Below are positions 41,964-56,300 of a stretch of DNA of 64,000 nucleotides, piece by piece. Source of the DNA: Octopus vulgaris (Eukaryota); the NCBI GenBank assembly GCA_951406725.2, contig OX597827.1, positions 5,394,001-5,458,000 of the forward strand, in the 5' to 3' direction. The stretch's first letter is position 1; the number at the start of each line of letters is the position of its first letter. The position numbers and the translations under genes are program-made. Below the pieces are notes generated by a model. That model worked only from the letters and a program-made list of their open reading frames with translations, did not search any database and was not told where the DNA came from.

Positions 41964-42252
41964 ACATATATGGGAGAATTTGTTTGGGGGTTTGAAAATG
42001 CACCTGAATCTCAAAATGTGTAGTCATTTTTAAATTTTGAAATATACATATATATTTATATATATACATATATATATTTATATATATACATATATATATA
42101 TATTTATATATATACATATATATATATTTATATATATACATACATATATATATTTATATATATATACATATATATTTATATATATACATACATATATATA
42201 TATTTATATATATACATATATATATATTTATATATATACATATATATATATT

Positions 42253-42296
<44 letters not shown>

Positions 42297-42847
42297 TAGA
42301 TATATACATATATACATACATACACACACACATATATATATGTATATGCATGTGTCTGAATACATACAACTTTTTATGCACACACACGCACTCCAATACA
42401 TATGTGTGGGGGTGAGGGATGTGAAGGTGCAATTTTTTTGTTTCTGAGTATTCATATGTTCATAACTAAGTTAGGAGTGACTGAATTATTGTTATAAATA
42501 TTATATGTGATCATATAAATGTTCTCACATGTATAAACATGCCCTCCTTCATATAAATATAAACTTTTGATTGTGTACACACACACACACACATAAACAC
42601 ACACACACGTGCGCTTGCATGCACACACACACACACGTCTATTGCCCCACTCCTCTTTCTTTAAGTTTCACTTCATACCTTAGCTCATATGTTTGTGTGT
42701 GTGTGTGTATAAACATAATTCATATTTACATAGACATACACACTTAAACATATGCATATGCATATACAGATACATGTTTACATTTATGGAGACATACATA
42801 CATTCATACACACATGTACACACACACACACACCCACATATATATAT

Positions 42848-42924
<77 letters not shown>

Positions 42925-43078
42925 AGCATACTCAATGTATACAATAACAGAAATATTCCAGCATGGCCTTATCTATGTTGGTTAAGACAAACTAAAGAAT
43001 TAAAGTATATTACACATGTCCCATTGTGCCACACATATTCATAGATAAAATCATTGACTCTCTGTCTCTCTTTCTGAC

Positions 43079-43129
<51 letters not shown>

Positions 43130-43132
43130 TAG

Positions 43133-43179
<47 letters not shown>

Positions 43180-43265
43180 CACAAACACTCACAGAGAGAC
43201 ACGTCTGTACACATATAAATATGCATCCACATGTATGTATATATATATATATATCTATATATATG
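41745..43265. repeat. TA-rich compound microsatellite block, including (GATA)n at ~43128-43178
   Basis: Directly visible. Confidence 0.9.
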
Positions 43266-43756
43266 TAAACAAATAAACTTTTTGTGTATATAAACAGACT
43301 TGTACGTAACTGGTTGAAACTATTAAACAATTTGACCAACAAAGCTGTGCTGTATGTTTGCATTCGATTTTTGATGTTTTGGTTTTGTTGCTTTACAAAC
43401 CTATGTTATGTGTACTTTTCTAACTTTGCATTCATATATTTAGATATATCATATTAATTGCCTTTGCTTAATATAAAAGTAAATTATGTTCATAAAATTC
43501 TGTGTAAATTCCTATGTACTATTTTCAAAACACCTGCAGAATTTACCTTTTAAATTACTAGAAATTAGTTTGGCAAAAATAAAGGAAAAAACTATTAGAA
43601 AATATCTTCATAACAAGATTAAGTTTAATAGAAAATTACAGAAATGTATTTTTGTAATAAATATATCACTTAAATATGTAATTATGCAAAAGAACCAAAA
43701 TAATGATAATAATTAATCAAAGAACAAATGAATTATAGAAAGAAATAACTACTCAC

Positions 43757-43828
43757 TGATGCAGGTAAATCCTTGAAAGTTTTCTTGAGATTAGAAGTGT
43801 ATCCTGCTGTCGAGTTGTATTCAATGCT
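43757..43828 (-). other. Predicted non-coding first exon of Pcdh B
   Basis: Donor TCA|GTGAGT at 43757/43756 in unique sequence just downstream of TATA and CCAAT elements. The 5' end is inferred from TATA spacing. Confidence 0.55.
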
Positions 43829-44030
43829 AGCTGCTGTTGTGTGCTGCTAATATTATATATGGCTTGGTCTGTGTTGTGTGAGCATCAGCTAGAAAGAAAG
43901 TGGTAGAAGGGGAGTGAGACCAATACAGAGAGAGAGAGTGTGTGTATATTTGAGAGAGGGAGTGTGAGAGAGGTCTGCAGTCCTATCTCATGTAAAGTGA
44001 ATGTAATGTCTGCTGCAGCCAATGACAGGC
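43825..44030 (-). promoter_or_regulatory. Predicted Pcdh B promoter: TATA-like box plus two CCAAT (NF-Y-type) boxes
   Basis: TATATAA (minus) at 43853-43859. CCAAT at 43920-43924 (about -95) and CAGCCAATGA at 44016-44025 (good NF-Y consensus). Locally GC-richer, repeat-free sequence. Confidence 0.55.
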
Positions 44031-45479
44031 TGGTTTGTGGTTCCCATGGAAGGGAAATGGAAACCCTGCCTCTACTTCTTGTAGCAGAGAAGTAGATTAA
44101 CTGAAGGATTGAGTCATTGAGAATTATATCAGTTCTTACACACTTTTCTATATATTCAACTCACAGCTATAATTTAGTTTCACAATACATTTTTGAAATA
44201 CTATTCACTTTTTTCCATAATTAAATAACACTGACTGTTAATAAACAGCTTTTCAGATAAATCAATTTAAATTCAATATCTGTCAAAAAGAAAACTATTT
44301 AATAGATTCAACAATAACTTATCCACAGTCTATTTTGTCAGTTCTTATGGAATCAGGCATTTTTCAAGGAAAATTCTGTGGTCATTGAAGGTATCTCATT
44401 ATAGCTATATATCTTTATTGACATAAATTTCTAAAGTAAAAAAGACAAAAAGAAAAATATAAAGACAAAATAAATAAAGGGACATGAATTATCTATAATA
44501 TTACCTTTTCAAAGGCTTATAGTTATCTGAATCAAAGTTCAGCATATATGGATTTATGTCCGCAAGTAAATGATCAATGCAAAAAATAAAAAAAAATGAA
44601 AATAGAAAAGAAATTATTGATTCTGTACTTACATTAAGTTTTCCTTTTTTATAGCTATTTTTCACACTTGTTTAGCAGACAATATCTATTTTAATGAAAG
44701 ATTTTTCTTATCTTCAGAATGGAAAAAGTTTTTACTTCTTTATTGAATTATATTAAAATTTCTCTCTTCACTTTTTTCCTCTCTCGTTACTGACACAATA
44801 ATGAAATCATATTGTCAGTGTCTGTTTAAGCTAATGAAATTTATAGACTAAGTTTAAAGAAAGTAATTAGTAATGTTGCTATCACACTCTATATTATCGA
44901 CACAGCCAGTTTAAGCATCTTTAAGAGTATCTATGATTATGATGTAGGTGTGTGCTGGAGATATACTTTTAATCTTTGTTGTTGTTGTTTTTCTTTTCCT
45001 TCATCTCTTTTTCCTTTTTTCTTTTTTCAAAAGGTTGAATCTTTAAATGAGATTATAAAGAATAACTATGGATGGATATTGGAAGCACCAGTTAAAATTA
45101 GCAACAAAAAAGAAAACAAAAACATCTTTGAGGTTTACTTAGCTTACTTAGTGCCATTATTGATCTTATAGAATATCTTTAAATGTATCCCTTATTTTGA
45201 TTTACTGGACATTGTCCGTAGTTTGTTCAGCATCGCTGACTTCAGCTTGAATGATATCAGCAGAAGAATTTTACTAGAAAAGGACTTGGAAAATAATCAA
45301 CTCTTCCATTCACTATCATGCTAAACTGGTGCCTAATCTTCTGGAAGAAACTTGTATTGAGTCTTGAGACAGTATTCAGAGTCTAACAGTCTCCAATAGC
45401 AACTCCCCAGCTGCAGCAGTCAGGCAAAGATGGCAGTTGGCATATTCTGAAGTGCACAGCTCATCATGAGGTTTAGATT

Positions 45480-45760
45480 TGATTCCATACAGTTGAACTG
45501 CTTCCAAGGAATTTACATTTTTTGCCAGATTTTGTTACCACGCTGCTTCTGCATATTCTAAATGTGAATGTATCTAGTTTTAATACAGACCAATTGATAT
45601 ATCTTTCTCTTGGCTGACCACTGCTGGACTCAACCAGCAGAGCATTTGATTGGCTTTGTTAATGGCGTAAATCCTCTTACCATTTGCCTTAGATCTCTTT
45701 CAATCAATACTATGAGGTCTTACCCTACATCACTGTCTTCTAGTGTCTTCTAATTGATTG
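45480..45760 (-). mobile_element. Degenerate CR1-like LINE relic
   Basis: INKANQML..., HLEYAEAAW and SLEAVQ relic motifs. Confidence 0.65.
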
Positions 45761-48700
45761 CATTGAATACTAAAAGTAACATGGTTATTCTAAATACCAG
45801 TGATTCTGTAAAACATCAGGTAGGAAAATTCAGATATCTGATGCAAAATATTTTGCACAATTATTAGTGTTGTAAATTTTCAATGAAATAATGGTCAATT
45901 GTCAAACTGGCATGAATGCTTGTCTTATTTTTATTTATCTTAACTATTTTGAAGATTTTCAAGTGAAATTCTGAAACCGTAAAGCAGATCCAAAATTCAT
46001 TACCATTCTGCTATACTCAAAGTTCAATGAAATAAGAACAGATTATGTACCACTTCAAAAGTCCAGATGCATAAAGGTTTGGACAAGAATTCTCTATTAG
46101 CTTTTGTGCAGTTGTTAATCCAAAAAGCAATAACATTTACATCAGTTGACATCACTTTATTTGCAAATAGTATGTTTTAAAATTTAATATACCAGAAATG
46201 AAAACTTAGTAGCCATTCATAGCTGCACTGATCTTTTTACTGATTTAACTTTGTCTTGAGTTATTGTCTTACATATTTAAATGTGATGCACATAACAAAG
46301 AAGAGAGCATTACAAATAGAAATAAAATGAGATCTGTACCTTTTACTTGTGCTCTTCAACAGCCTTCGATTAAACTTCTCATTCCTTCAAAGAAAAGCTC
46401 TGTTTGAAGCATCAGTATTCACTTTACCTCTCAGTACCTGACCTCACTTTATCTAATGAATCTTACACCTGTACTCTAATTAAGTTTTCATGATTGTATT
46501 AGTTGTGTATTTGTACACTATTCCCTCATAGAGATTGTGTGAAATATACAACTTGCATTATGGTAAATTTGTGAAAATCATGAATGTGAGGCTTCATTTG
46601 GATTATCTGCATCAGTGTTCAATATTGTATCAGGCATACTGATGTTTATAGAATGTTTACGCAGTAGGCATTCTTGATGACTTATGGATTGTATACATCA
46701 ATACAGGGCATCAAATTTATTAAAATAGTTAACTCTTTTAAAGGTCTAGATTATGATACTGAATAACAAAATTTAACTGTACACACACACAAAAAAAAAC
46801 TATCTTTGCAATTTTATTTAATATTGTAAATATAACATTATATATTACAACTAGTTTTCTCCATTCTGTTATGTCACTTAGATATAGTTTTATGATATAA
46901 CATTTTTTAAAATATGAAGTATGTATACTGGCAATAAAAACCTAATTATTCAATAATATTTATCTTAAAGACTTCACTATAATTATTAACTGTGTCATAT
47001 TGCAGAATACAAGAAATATATAAATAAAATAGATTTATCTTTGAAAAAGCTAAGCAGTTCTCAGTGTTTAGGAAAATCTATTGTAACATCAGACATTTTC
47101 TAAAGTATGACCAATAGAGGCTCTTGAGGTGGAAATGAGAAAGAAAACTCTTATAAACCTATAGAAATTTGTGCTACGTACCACAGTAGGATTTCAAATG
47201 GAAATCAATGTTATCAATAAAATTGATATTCTTTAATCTTAACAAATGAAATAAAATTTCAAAGAGAGAAATCAATACGTAAAAATAATACTTGCTTTTA
47301 TAGAGTACATTCCCCTCTGCCAGTATGTCTTTTATAGTGAGTTCTATTTTTCTTGTGATCACAGGAACAAAGAGGAGACCTTTTTTGATGCGTTTTACTA
47401 TCAAGCAAAGAAATACTATTCGTTCTGTCAAGTTTATGTCATGTCTAGAAACAAGAATCTCATAATATCTTTTAGCACAATATGAACATACTAATTTCTT
47501 GAAAGAATCAATACAGATAACATAAAAAGACATGTATGTTCACAAAGAAACCTATACACTCGGTAATGTGTTAGCAATATATACATATTAATGATGACAA
47601 CGATGCTGACGATAACGATGCTGATGTTGATGATGATGATGAGGATGACATTGATAATAATGTCAACGATGACAATGATGTTGATTATGACAATGGTAAT
47701 GACAATGCTGCTGATGATGATGATTTAGCATTTAAGATTATATTAATGAGTGGTTCTCAAAAATTAGGGTGATTTATTTATGAGAATTTTGTGTAAAGAT
47801 TAAATCTTTGTTTCTCAAATTTTCTAAATATTTCGAACCACTCAAACATAAAAGAAAACAATGCAATAAACAAATTAAATTAATAATTTGTTAATCATTT
47901 TGTTTCTTTATCTATTCCCTAGCTCATTCAAGCTCCATTTTATATTCATGAAACTGTTTAACTACAAGCAAAACCCTCTTTCTCTCTGTAAGTAGTCAGC
48001 TAAACAAGAGAAGAAGGATGTTGCAATTGTTTGTCTTTTGTTTAAAATATTTCTTTAATTTTTGCTCCAAGTTATATTTCTCTAATATTTGTACAATGCT
48101 TTAAAATATTATAAAGGTATTGAAAAGCTGAAAACTATAATAAAACCAAATCTGATAATCTTAAATATTCTTCTAATAAAATTAGAGAAATTATTGTGAT
48201 AGAATCTGTTTAAATCTGACAAGAAAAAATAGATAACAATGTTTACGTTTATAGAAAAGTTTTATTGGAATAGTTTAAGGGCACAAAAAACAAAACAAAA
48301 CAAACATTTTTCTTATTCTTCTCCCTCCTCCTCCTCTACCTCCTTCTCCTCCTCTTCAACTTCTTTTTCTTCTTCTTCGTCTTCTTATTCTTATGTGTAG
48401 TTAGTATTCATGTATGTGTGTGTGTGTGGTTTTCATTCATTATGCCTCAGTAATATAATCTAATACTTTAATATGACGTGATGATTTGATGGAAGGCTAA
48501 AGAGACTTGGCTTTTGGGAAGATGTTTACTGTTACACAAATAACATTCTGCTTAAGGTGGTCATTTGCTGAAGAAAACATTAACTCTAATATTGCAAGAC
48601 ATGCTTCCTAAGCTTAATTGAAAGTTTAAAACTAGAATGACTATCACGATTATTTCTCTTACTAAATTTAATGAAAGATAAATGTAGAACTGAAACAGTG

Positions 48701-49210
48701 CAAAAGGTAAGAGAAAATAGGTGGTGGGGGGTGGTGGTGATACAAAGCCATAGAAATGCAACATATTTATTATTGAAAGGGTTCAGTTTGAACAGATCTG
48801 CAACTTCAAATCAAACTTAATTAATTATGAAAGCCTCATTTTGGTTTACAACTGAAATATTTAAATCTCTAAGCTTGGGAAGATCAAGTAGATGAAGTGA
48901 GAAACAAACAAACTGTCAACCAAAATTGTTTAAATGCATATTTTCTATTAAGAGGGTAATTTTAGATAACATCACACATTCTGAACACATAAATAGTAAA
49001 TGTCTTTTGGTTTCCTTTCGTTTTTTTTTTTTTCATCTTTTATTTTGTACCAGTAATAGTGAAATATTAAAGGAACAATTATTTTTTTTATACTGGAGTA
49101 TATTACAAATATACATAGTTCTGCTTAAATAATGCAACAGTATCTTATATAAATGAATGTATGTATGTACGTATGTATGTATACGTACCTATATACACAC
49201 ACAAATGCAC

Positions 49211-49255
<45 letters not shown>

Positions 49256-49259
49256 CATA

Positions 49260-49301
<42 letters not shown>

Positions 49302-49436
49302 TATTATTCAATACAGAGACTGGCAGAAAATATTTTTATTTTGACCCTGTAAAAGAATAGTGAAAATAAAAATTAAAAAAAACAATAGTTTATGAGTCAA
49401 TTCAACTTTAGAAGAATTTAGTACCAAATCTACATT

Positions 49437-49723
49437 TTATGAGTTTGGTAATATTTTTGGTACTGCAGGGAGTGGCTTAGCATATGATGTGAAACTATTC
49501 CTACTTGGTAAATTCCACAACTGTGTAGGTATAGTAGAACTGGAAGTGTTCACACGTATTGATTTCAAATCAATCACATCATTGCAATGAGAATTCTGGC
49601 CAGCATCGTTTTGGTCAAAGCAACCACCACCTGTTGTCTTTGATTCTGTTGATTTATTTAGTATCTGTGGTAAAGACATTGAACCTGTAGTGTGGAGTTT
49701 TTTTTGTTTGAAAGGCTTGAAAC
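49437..49723 (-). CDS. Pcdh: Terminal coding exon of an upstream protocadherin paralogue (gene A cytoplasmic tail)
   Basis: Strong acceptor TTTTCTTTCTTTTTTTTCTTCAG| at 49724/49723. Phase-1 reading is open: (G)FKPFKQKKLHTTGSMSLPQILNK...QLWNLPSRNSFTSYAKPLPAVPKILPNS*. This resembles octopus Pcdh C-termini as I recall them; same strand as gene B. Confidence 0.8.
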
Positions 49724-51021
49724 CTGAAGAAAAAAAAGAAAGAAAATATAAACTATACAGAAAGAAATACTCAGGGATTCTTGACAGAGATAGGAAAGGA
49801 GGTTAAAACACATTATATTGTTTAAATATTATGTTATGAAAATGACACTGTAGGTAATATATCTAACAACTGAAGTAATATATCATTTATTTGCTATGGT
49901 TAAAAGAAACTAAGAGTTATGTTCCCTAATAGTCTCTGAAGCAAAAAAATATAAGATATTCTTAAATTATTTCCTTGTTTAGAGCATAGCGAGATCAAAA
50001 TATTCATACATGCTTATTAATTTGATTGTTAAAGTTATGGTATAAATGACATTTCTGCTCTCAAAGTTTAAAATTATATATTAAGAAACTGTGAACTTTG
50101 AACTGATTGAAAAACAGACACAGATACACACACACACACATACACACACACACAAACACACACACTGACACTGTGTGAGTGTGTGTGTGTTTGTGTGTAT
50201 ATATATACACACACATAAAAATAGAGACATATATATATACATTCATATAGATGGACACATATGTGCATGGCTGGGAGGTCAAAGAGCTTCCTACACAACC
50301 TTATGGTTCTGTGTTCAAGTCCTATTGTAAAATATTTTCAGCAAGTGTCCCTATTTAACAAGTGCTTGAGGTTGATTAGGTGGAATTTCATGGATGGAAG
50401 CTACTATCTTATGAATGGAAGTACTTAGACAGTACCTACGTACATACATATGAGTTTGTAGTTAAAACTGTAATTATTTGATACTATATGACATTTTCAA
50501 GTGAAAGGATTCCCTGGAAACAATTTTACCTTGTATGTAAACACTAAGGCCTTCTCTTTTCTCTTGATTCCTAAACTACGACAAACTACGAAGGAAAATA
50601 AAATAAAAACATACATATTCCATGAATTTCATCTCCAGTTTAATTATTTCCATCTTTAACAAAATGTTTCCATTCATAAAATGTTTAAGTCACAAGTCAC
50701 ATGTTATATCATGCTGATGGTTTCAAAAATGAATGAAAGGGTACTATACATGATGCATTGTCTAACAGATTGATTCCCTTCCTGTTTCTTAACCCTTATT
50801 TGATTCCCAAGCATTAAGGGATCTCACAAAAGGGCAAAGTGAGCAGAAGATTTGTTGACAAGTGGACTGACTAACAACACTGTATGTCAAAACCTTAACA
50901 GATGTAAGTTGTAAAAATCACAGACACACACATGCTTACTCATATATACACACACACGTACGTACACACACACAAGCACACACAAACGCACATGTACAAG
51001 CATATAAATATTTGTATATAT

Positions 51022-51240
51022 AAAGGCGGCGAGCTGGCAGAAACGTTAGCACGCCGGGCGAAATGCGTAGCCGTATTTCGTCTGCCGTTACGTTGTGAGT
51101 TCAAATTCTGCCGAGGTCGACTTTGCCGTTCATCCTTTCGGCGTCGATAAATTAAGTACCAGTTACGCCCTGGGGTCGATGTAATCGACATAATCCGTTT
51201 GTCCCCTCTGTGTTTAGCCCCTTGTGGGCAGTAGTGAAAT
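51022..51240 (+). mobile_element. tRNA-derived SINE, family B (young, full length)
   Basis: AAGGCGGCGAGCTGGCAGAA head, GTTCAAATTC B-box and TTCATCCTTTCGG..GTCGATAAA core; flanked by the duplicated ATATTTGTATATATA. Confidence 0.9.
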
Positions 51241-51724
51241 ACATATATATATTTGTATATATAGTTCCCAGGGCTAGAAAATTTGTTACTTCAAATTCTT
51301 CCTGTTGGTTATCTTAACATGTATCATAACTGGATTCCAAGAGGCTCTTCATGTAATCACATACATACCTATGTATCTTACTCAAACCTCCATGATATTA
51401 ATTGCATCTTTCTTTCATGTAAAATATACTGGAAGTAGGAGGTTTAATAACTATCTTACTCTAAATAATAAACAAATTGTGTATGTTAAATAAGAATGGT
51501 AAAAGGCAAGTTTAAGAAATGATTAACCAACCACACTACTTCTTTCAGGTGTTTCAGTGAGAGAAAAACAACTGTATTAAATAATATAATTTGTATAAAG
51601 TTCTCTCTTTTTGTCTCATGTAACTCATATTATGATATATCATCATCATCACCACCATCATTAGATTTTTTTAATTCATAATTCATAAAATGTGACTCTT
51701 CACTCCTAATGTACATATATTTCC

Positions 51725-52250
51725 TGTATCATCCATGCTGGCGGGCATGTAAACAACATCTTTTGAACATTGGGCCTCATGGAGGCAAAGTGACTGAGCT
51801 CCTCTTGAGCATTAGGCCTCACGGAGGCAAAGTGGCTGAGTTCCTTGGGCCTCACGGAGGCAAGGCGGCTGAGTTCTTTTCAGGTGTTGGGCCTCACGGA
51901 AGCAATGACCAAAACTTTTGGTATTATGTCATGCTTGAAAAGAAGACCCATCAAGCTGAGCAAAATCACAGTCATGGCAGATACTGGTGTCACGCAAATT
52001 GGCACCTGTGCCAGTAGCACATAATTGCACCACCAGTGTCATGCAAATGGCACATAAGAGCCCCCTTTACACTCTCAGAGTGGTTGGCATTAGGAAGGGC
52101 ACCCAGCCATAGAAAACCATGCCAAATCAGACTGGAGTCTGGTGCAGCCTTCCAGCATGCCAGCCCAATTAAACCATCTGACCCAAACCAGCATGGACAA
52201 TGGATGTTAAATGATGATGATGATGATGATGATGACGATGATGATGATAT
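51725..52250 (+). mobile_element. RTE-type LINE 3' end with a four-unit GGGCCTCACGGAGGCAA array and (GAT)n tail
   Basis: Shares 3' UTR motifs with other RTE tails in the window; tandem units at 51770-51905. Confidence 0.7.
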
Positions 52251-52568
52251 ATACTGTATGTGATGCTATGTTTCCATGAATTTAAAACAACATTAATTAA
52301 TTATTAATACCTTTGTGACTTTTGGGCCACCCTATGAAAGTATTAATGTCCTCTTTTCCATGCTCCTATAAGTTGGGCTGAATTTTGTTGTGGCAAATCT
52401 TCTATGGCTGGATGCCCTTTCTGACAGCAAACCTCACCTGTTTCCAACTAAGATAATATATCCTCCCTCGTGAACAAACAAGCTTGTACAGAAAATTGAA
52501 AATGAAGGACATGCTTGCATGAGGGTGATACCTGTTTCAACTATCACACAGTATCAAAGTAAGGAAAC

Positions 52569-52607
<39 letters not shown>

Positions 52608-53063
52608 CACGCACGCATGCGCATGCACACTCACAGGTATACATACATATATGTGTATGATGGTCATCTTTTGGTTTCCATCTACTAACGCCACTCAGAA
52701 GGTTTTGGTTGGTTTAAGGCTACAATAGACATTTACCCAAGGTACCATGTAGTGGGACTGAACCCCAAACCACATAGTTGGAAAGCAAACTTTTTACCAC
52801 ACAGCCACATCTGTATTTAACATATGGGTGGGTATGTGAATGAAGGCTGTGTTTAGAATTTCACTGTATTTTTTCGCATTCTTTAAAATACAAAACATAG
52901 CTGTTTGCAAGTAGTAAGACTTGTTAGCATGTACCATCCTTTTGTTAATTGTTATAGTTACCTCCCTTCCAACCCTCGACAGGTGAGAGAGGGAGAGAGA
53001 GAGAGAGAAAGAGGGAGAGAGAGAGAGAAGGAAAGTGAGTGAGTGAGTGAGAATCGCCCAACT

Positions 53064-53292
53064 TTAACCCTTTAGCATTTAATCTGGCAATATCCGGCCA
53101 AAATATTCCACCTGTTTTATGTTAAAACTGTCTGGATCCAACCTCTCACACCTACCCTACAATGTCATTTTAAAAATATACAGCCACACCATTTAAATTT
53201 TTGAAGTCACAAAATAATATGTGATTAATTCAAAGCAGTATGAATAAATAAGTAATAAATTTCACAAAGAAGTCTGACTGCTAAAGGGTTAA
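53064..53292. mobile_element. TTAA-flanked MITE (piggyBac-type)
   Basis: TTAA-CCCTTTAGCA...CTAAAGGG-TTAA. Confidence 0.88.
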
Positions 53293-53556
53293 GCTGGTTG
53301 TCATTTTCAGTCAAGCAGACAGGAGCAATATGAACTGAAATACATTGCTGAAGGTCACATGACATTCAGCCATAACATCATGGTTGTGAGCCAACAACCT
53401 AACCATTAGGCTATGTGCCTTTACTTTTTAAATGCTATTTTATTATTTTTGCATTACCTCTAGATACAACTAGTGGCACACCAATCTGCTGTAGTACACC
53501 ATTTAAAAACTAATATGCTGTAGTACACCATCTTTGTATATTTTGGTTATCATTTT

Positions 53557-53786
53557 TATGTTTTTGGATTTGGTTTGCAAGATTCTTTATATGAGTTCGT
53601 GTTTTGAAGCATATTCTATTGTGTCTGGGGAGAGTCATTTTCTTTTTGTGCCTTATTATGTAACACACTCACCGGTAAAATTTCCACGTTTTTCTTATTT
53701 TTATTGTCCTAAAATTTTCGTTGCCTCTTGCAACCTTTTCAATAGTTTTGACTCTTTTGAGAAAATGACTCTCCCCAAACACAATA
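53557..53786 (-). mobile_element. Second fold-back (Penelope-like) insertion with 12-bp TSD
   Basis: TSD GGTTATCATTTT at 53545-53556 and 53787-53798; 26-bp inverted arm 53761-53786 matching 53617-53642. Confidence 0.8.
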
Positions 53787-55692
53787 GGTTATCATTTTAT
53801 TTATACATTTTCATTTTGGAAGGTAGGAAGCATGTAGAAGTGTTACAGTGTTGGGAATAAATGTTTTGTGCCATTTGCTTTAGCTTTTTATTTTGTAAGT
53901 TCAAATCCTGCTCAGGTCAGCTTTACCTTTCATTCTTTTGTGAGGGCAGGGTCAATGAAATAAAGTATCAACCAAATACTGAGATTGGTGGCATTGACTA
54001 AGCTCAACCCACCAATTGCTAGCCTTATCTTAAATTTAGAAAGTATTTTATATATTTTTGTAGCATTTAACTTATTCATTGTGATTGACTGGATCAGCAA
54101 ATTTGAAATCTAAAATTGAACATATTGTGATTAAAATTCTGTTGTCTTGGTAACTATGTTTAGAATATATATTATATATACTTCACTTCTGCAAGAGCAG
54201 TATAACTTATTATAGAAAGAAGAATATTGGAATCACCAAAACTAATGTAGGAGAAAGCTATAGAAATAACTGAACAAACACTGAAGTATTTTGATAAATT
54301 AAAACTAATTAGCTGTCTTTTTTCTTGGAAAGTCAATAAATTAGATTCCTTCAAAGAGTGAGAAAAAAAATGAAAATAATAATCGAAGACATTTAACCTT
54401 ATAACCAACAGAGCCTATAGTCTAACACAAAAATATGCAGTGACATTGGATATTTTTTTCCTGATCATTCATGTGTGTTTAATTCAGCCAACCGGAAAAG
54501 ATAAGTATTATAGAAGGAAAGCAGCCTAAGTAGCTAGCGAGAAAGAATGAGTCTGCTGGCGGATAGAGGTGGGTGTGTAAAATAACACTTTGTGCATTAC
54601 AAATGCATAATGAACACAGACCTAAGTAAGAAGAACTACCATATGGCATTAAACTGTTGACCGAATATGGTGCTGCAATAGACAGACATATTCTCTAATT
54701 GAATTGAAATTGTGAATATTTTGAAGAAATGCCATAGAAATCGGCTGAGAAATGTTGAGAAAACCAAGCAAGCTTATAAGTAGATATGAAATAAAAATGA
54801 AAATATTTTGTCAGATAAAAGATGATGGACAATTTTTTTTTTTATATTAATAGTTGGTTTTGTTTTCTTGCAGATTTCAAGGTGTATAACTAAGCGTTTA
54901 ACTGTACCCACATATGTGCAGACACATGGACATGCATACATTCATATGCATGTATGTGTGTGTGTGCATATATATATATATGTGTATATATTTTTCTCTT
55001 TATAAATGTATATTTGTATATCCATCTGTATATGTGTAAGCATTTGTGTGTGTATGAATACACAGATAGAAGCATGCATACATTGCCTGCTACTGTTTAT
55101 ACTAACAAGTCTTTGTGTAACGTATGTAATATTCAGCAAGGAAAACTGGGTGAAGGATTAAGCCAAACAGAATCTATTAGATCTAAGCAATGAATTATGG
55201 CAAGATTAAAGAATTTAGAAGCATATTGTTGGGAAGTAATTTTGAAAACATACTGAGGGTTAGTATGAGATAAAGGTGTTAGTGTGGTGGAATAGAAGAT
55301 TAGCTTTTAGTAATCTAAGGTAACCACTCAGCTTTAATTCTTAGACATATTTACCATGCTTTACCTATATCACTAGTTTTTATGAGAAAGGCATGATCAT
55401 TACAACTTCCAATTTCTTCTTTAAAATAGTTTAGTTTCACTCGAATAAACAGCTCACCTCCTTCAGTCACTAAGACAAAGAAAACAATAAGCAGATATGA
55501 TTTGAGCTTGCATAAAACAGAAGTCAGATATATACAGGATTCACCTGTAAAATTTATTTTTAATTATTGCAAATTCATTCTCATCATTTGTCAAACATAC
55601 TGCTTATGTAGTAATTATCATTGTTATTACTATTGTCATCATTATTATCTTCATTTTTATTATTATTGTTTTCATCATCATTGTTATTGATC

Positions 55693-55812
55693 AGGTGGTG
55701 AAGCATGACCTTCGAAAATTGGGCCTTACCAAAGCAATAACTAGTGACCGAGACCTTTGGAGATATGCTGTGCTTGAGAAAACCCAACAAGTCAAGTGAG
55801 ACCATAGCCCAT
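55693..55812 (+). mobile_element. RTE LINE ORF C-terminal fragment
   Basis: VVKHDLRKLGLTKAITSDRDLWRYAVLEK. Confidence 0.75.
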
Positions 55813-56075
55813 GACTCTCTTTCATTTTAGGTCCTTCAAGACCGGTAATAGGGATGGAGGGAAGGAGTAAGGCACCCTCGAATTGGAGACCTAGCCTGGA
55901 TGGTTGCAACGGGGCAAACTCCATTAAAGGTACACAAGATACCAGGTGGTGCTGTTAAAATGATTATATTAGATTATCTCCCTTACCTGTCATTCCTGGG
56001 TTTTAAACACTCCCAGATAAAGTTTTTGCCTACCAATTACTTGTGTAATCAAGAAGCTCACTTCTCAACCATATG

Positions 56076-56300
56076 TGTTTCATTATTACCCACAAGGGGC
56101 TAAACACAGAGGGGACAAACAGGGACAGACAAACGAATTAAGTCGATTACATCGACCCCAGTGCGTAACTGGTACTTAATTTATCGACCCCGAAAGGATG
56201 AAAGGGAAAGTCGACCTCGGCGGAATTTGAACTCAGAACGTAGCGGCAGACGAAATACAGCTACGCATTTCACCCGGCGTGCTAAAGTTTCTGCCAGCTC
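56076..56300 (-). mobile_element. SINE family B nested in the head of a diverged SINE A (~56040-56640)
   Basis: Duplication AGCTCACTTCTCAACCATATG at 56055-56075 and 56296-56316. Confidence 0.9.

Noticed and set aside
43830-44200. Vertebrate Pcdh CSE/CTCF (CGCT-box) element in the promoter
   Set aside because: No convincing match visible by eye; a PWM scan would be needed.
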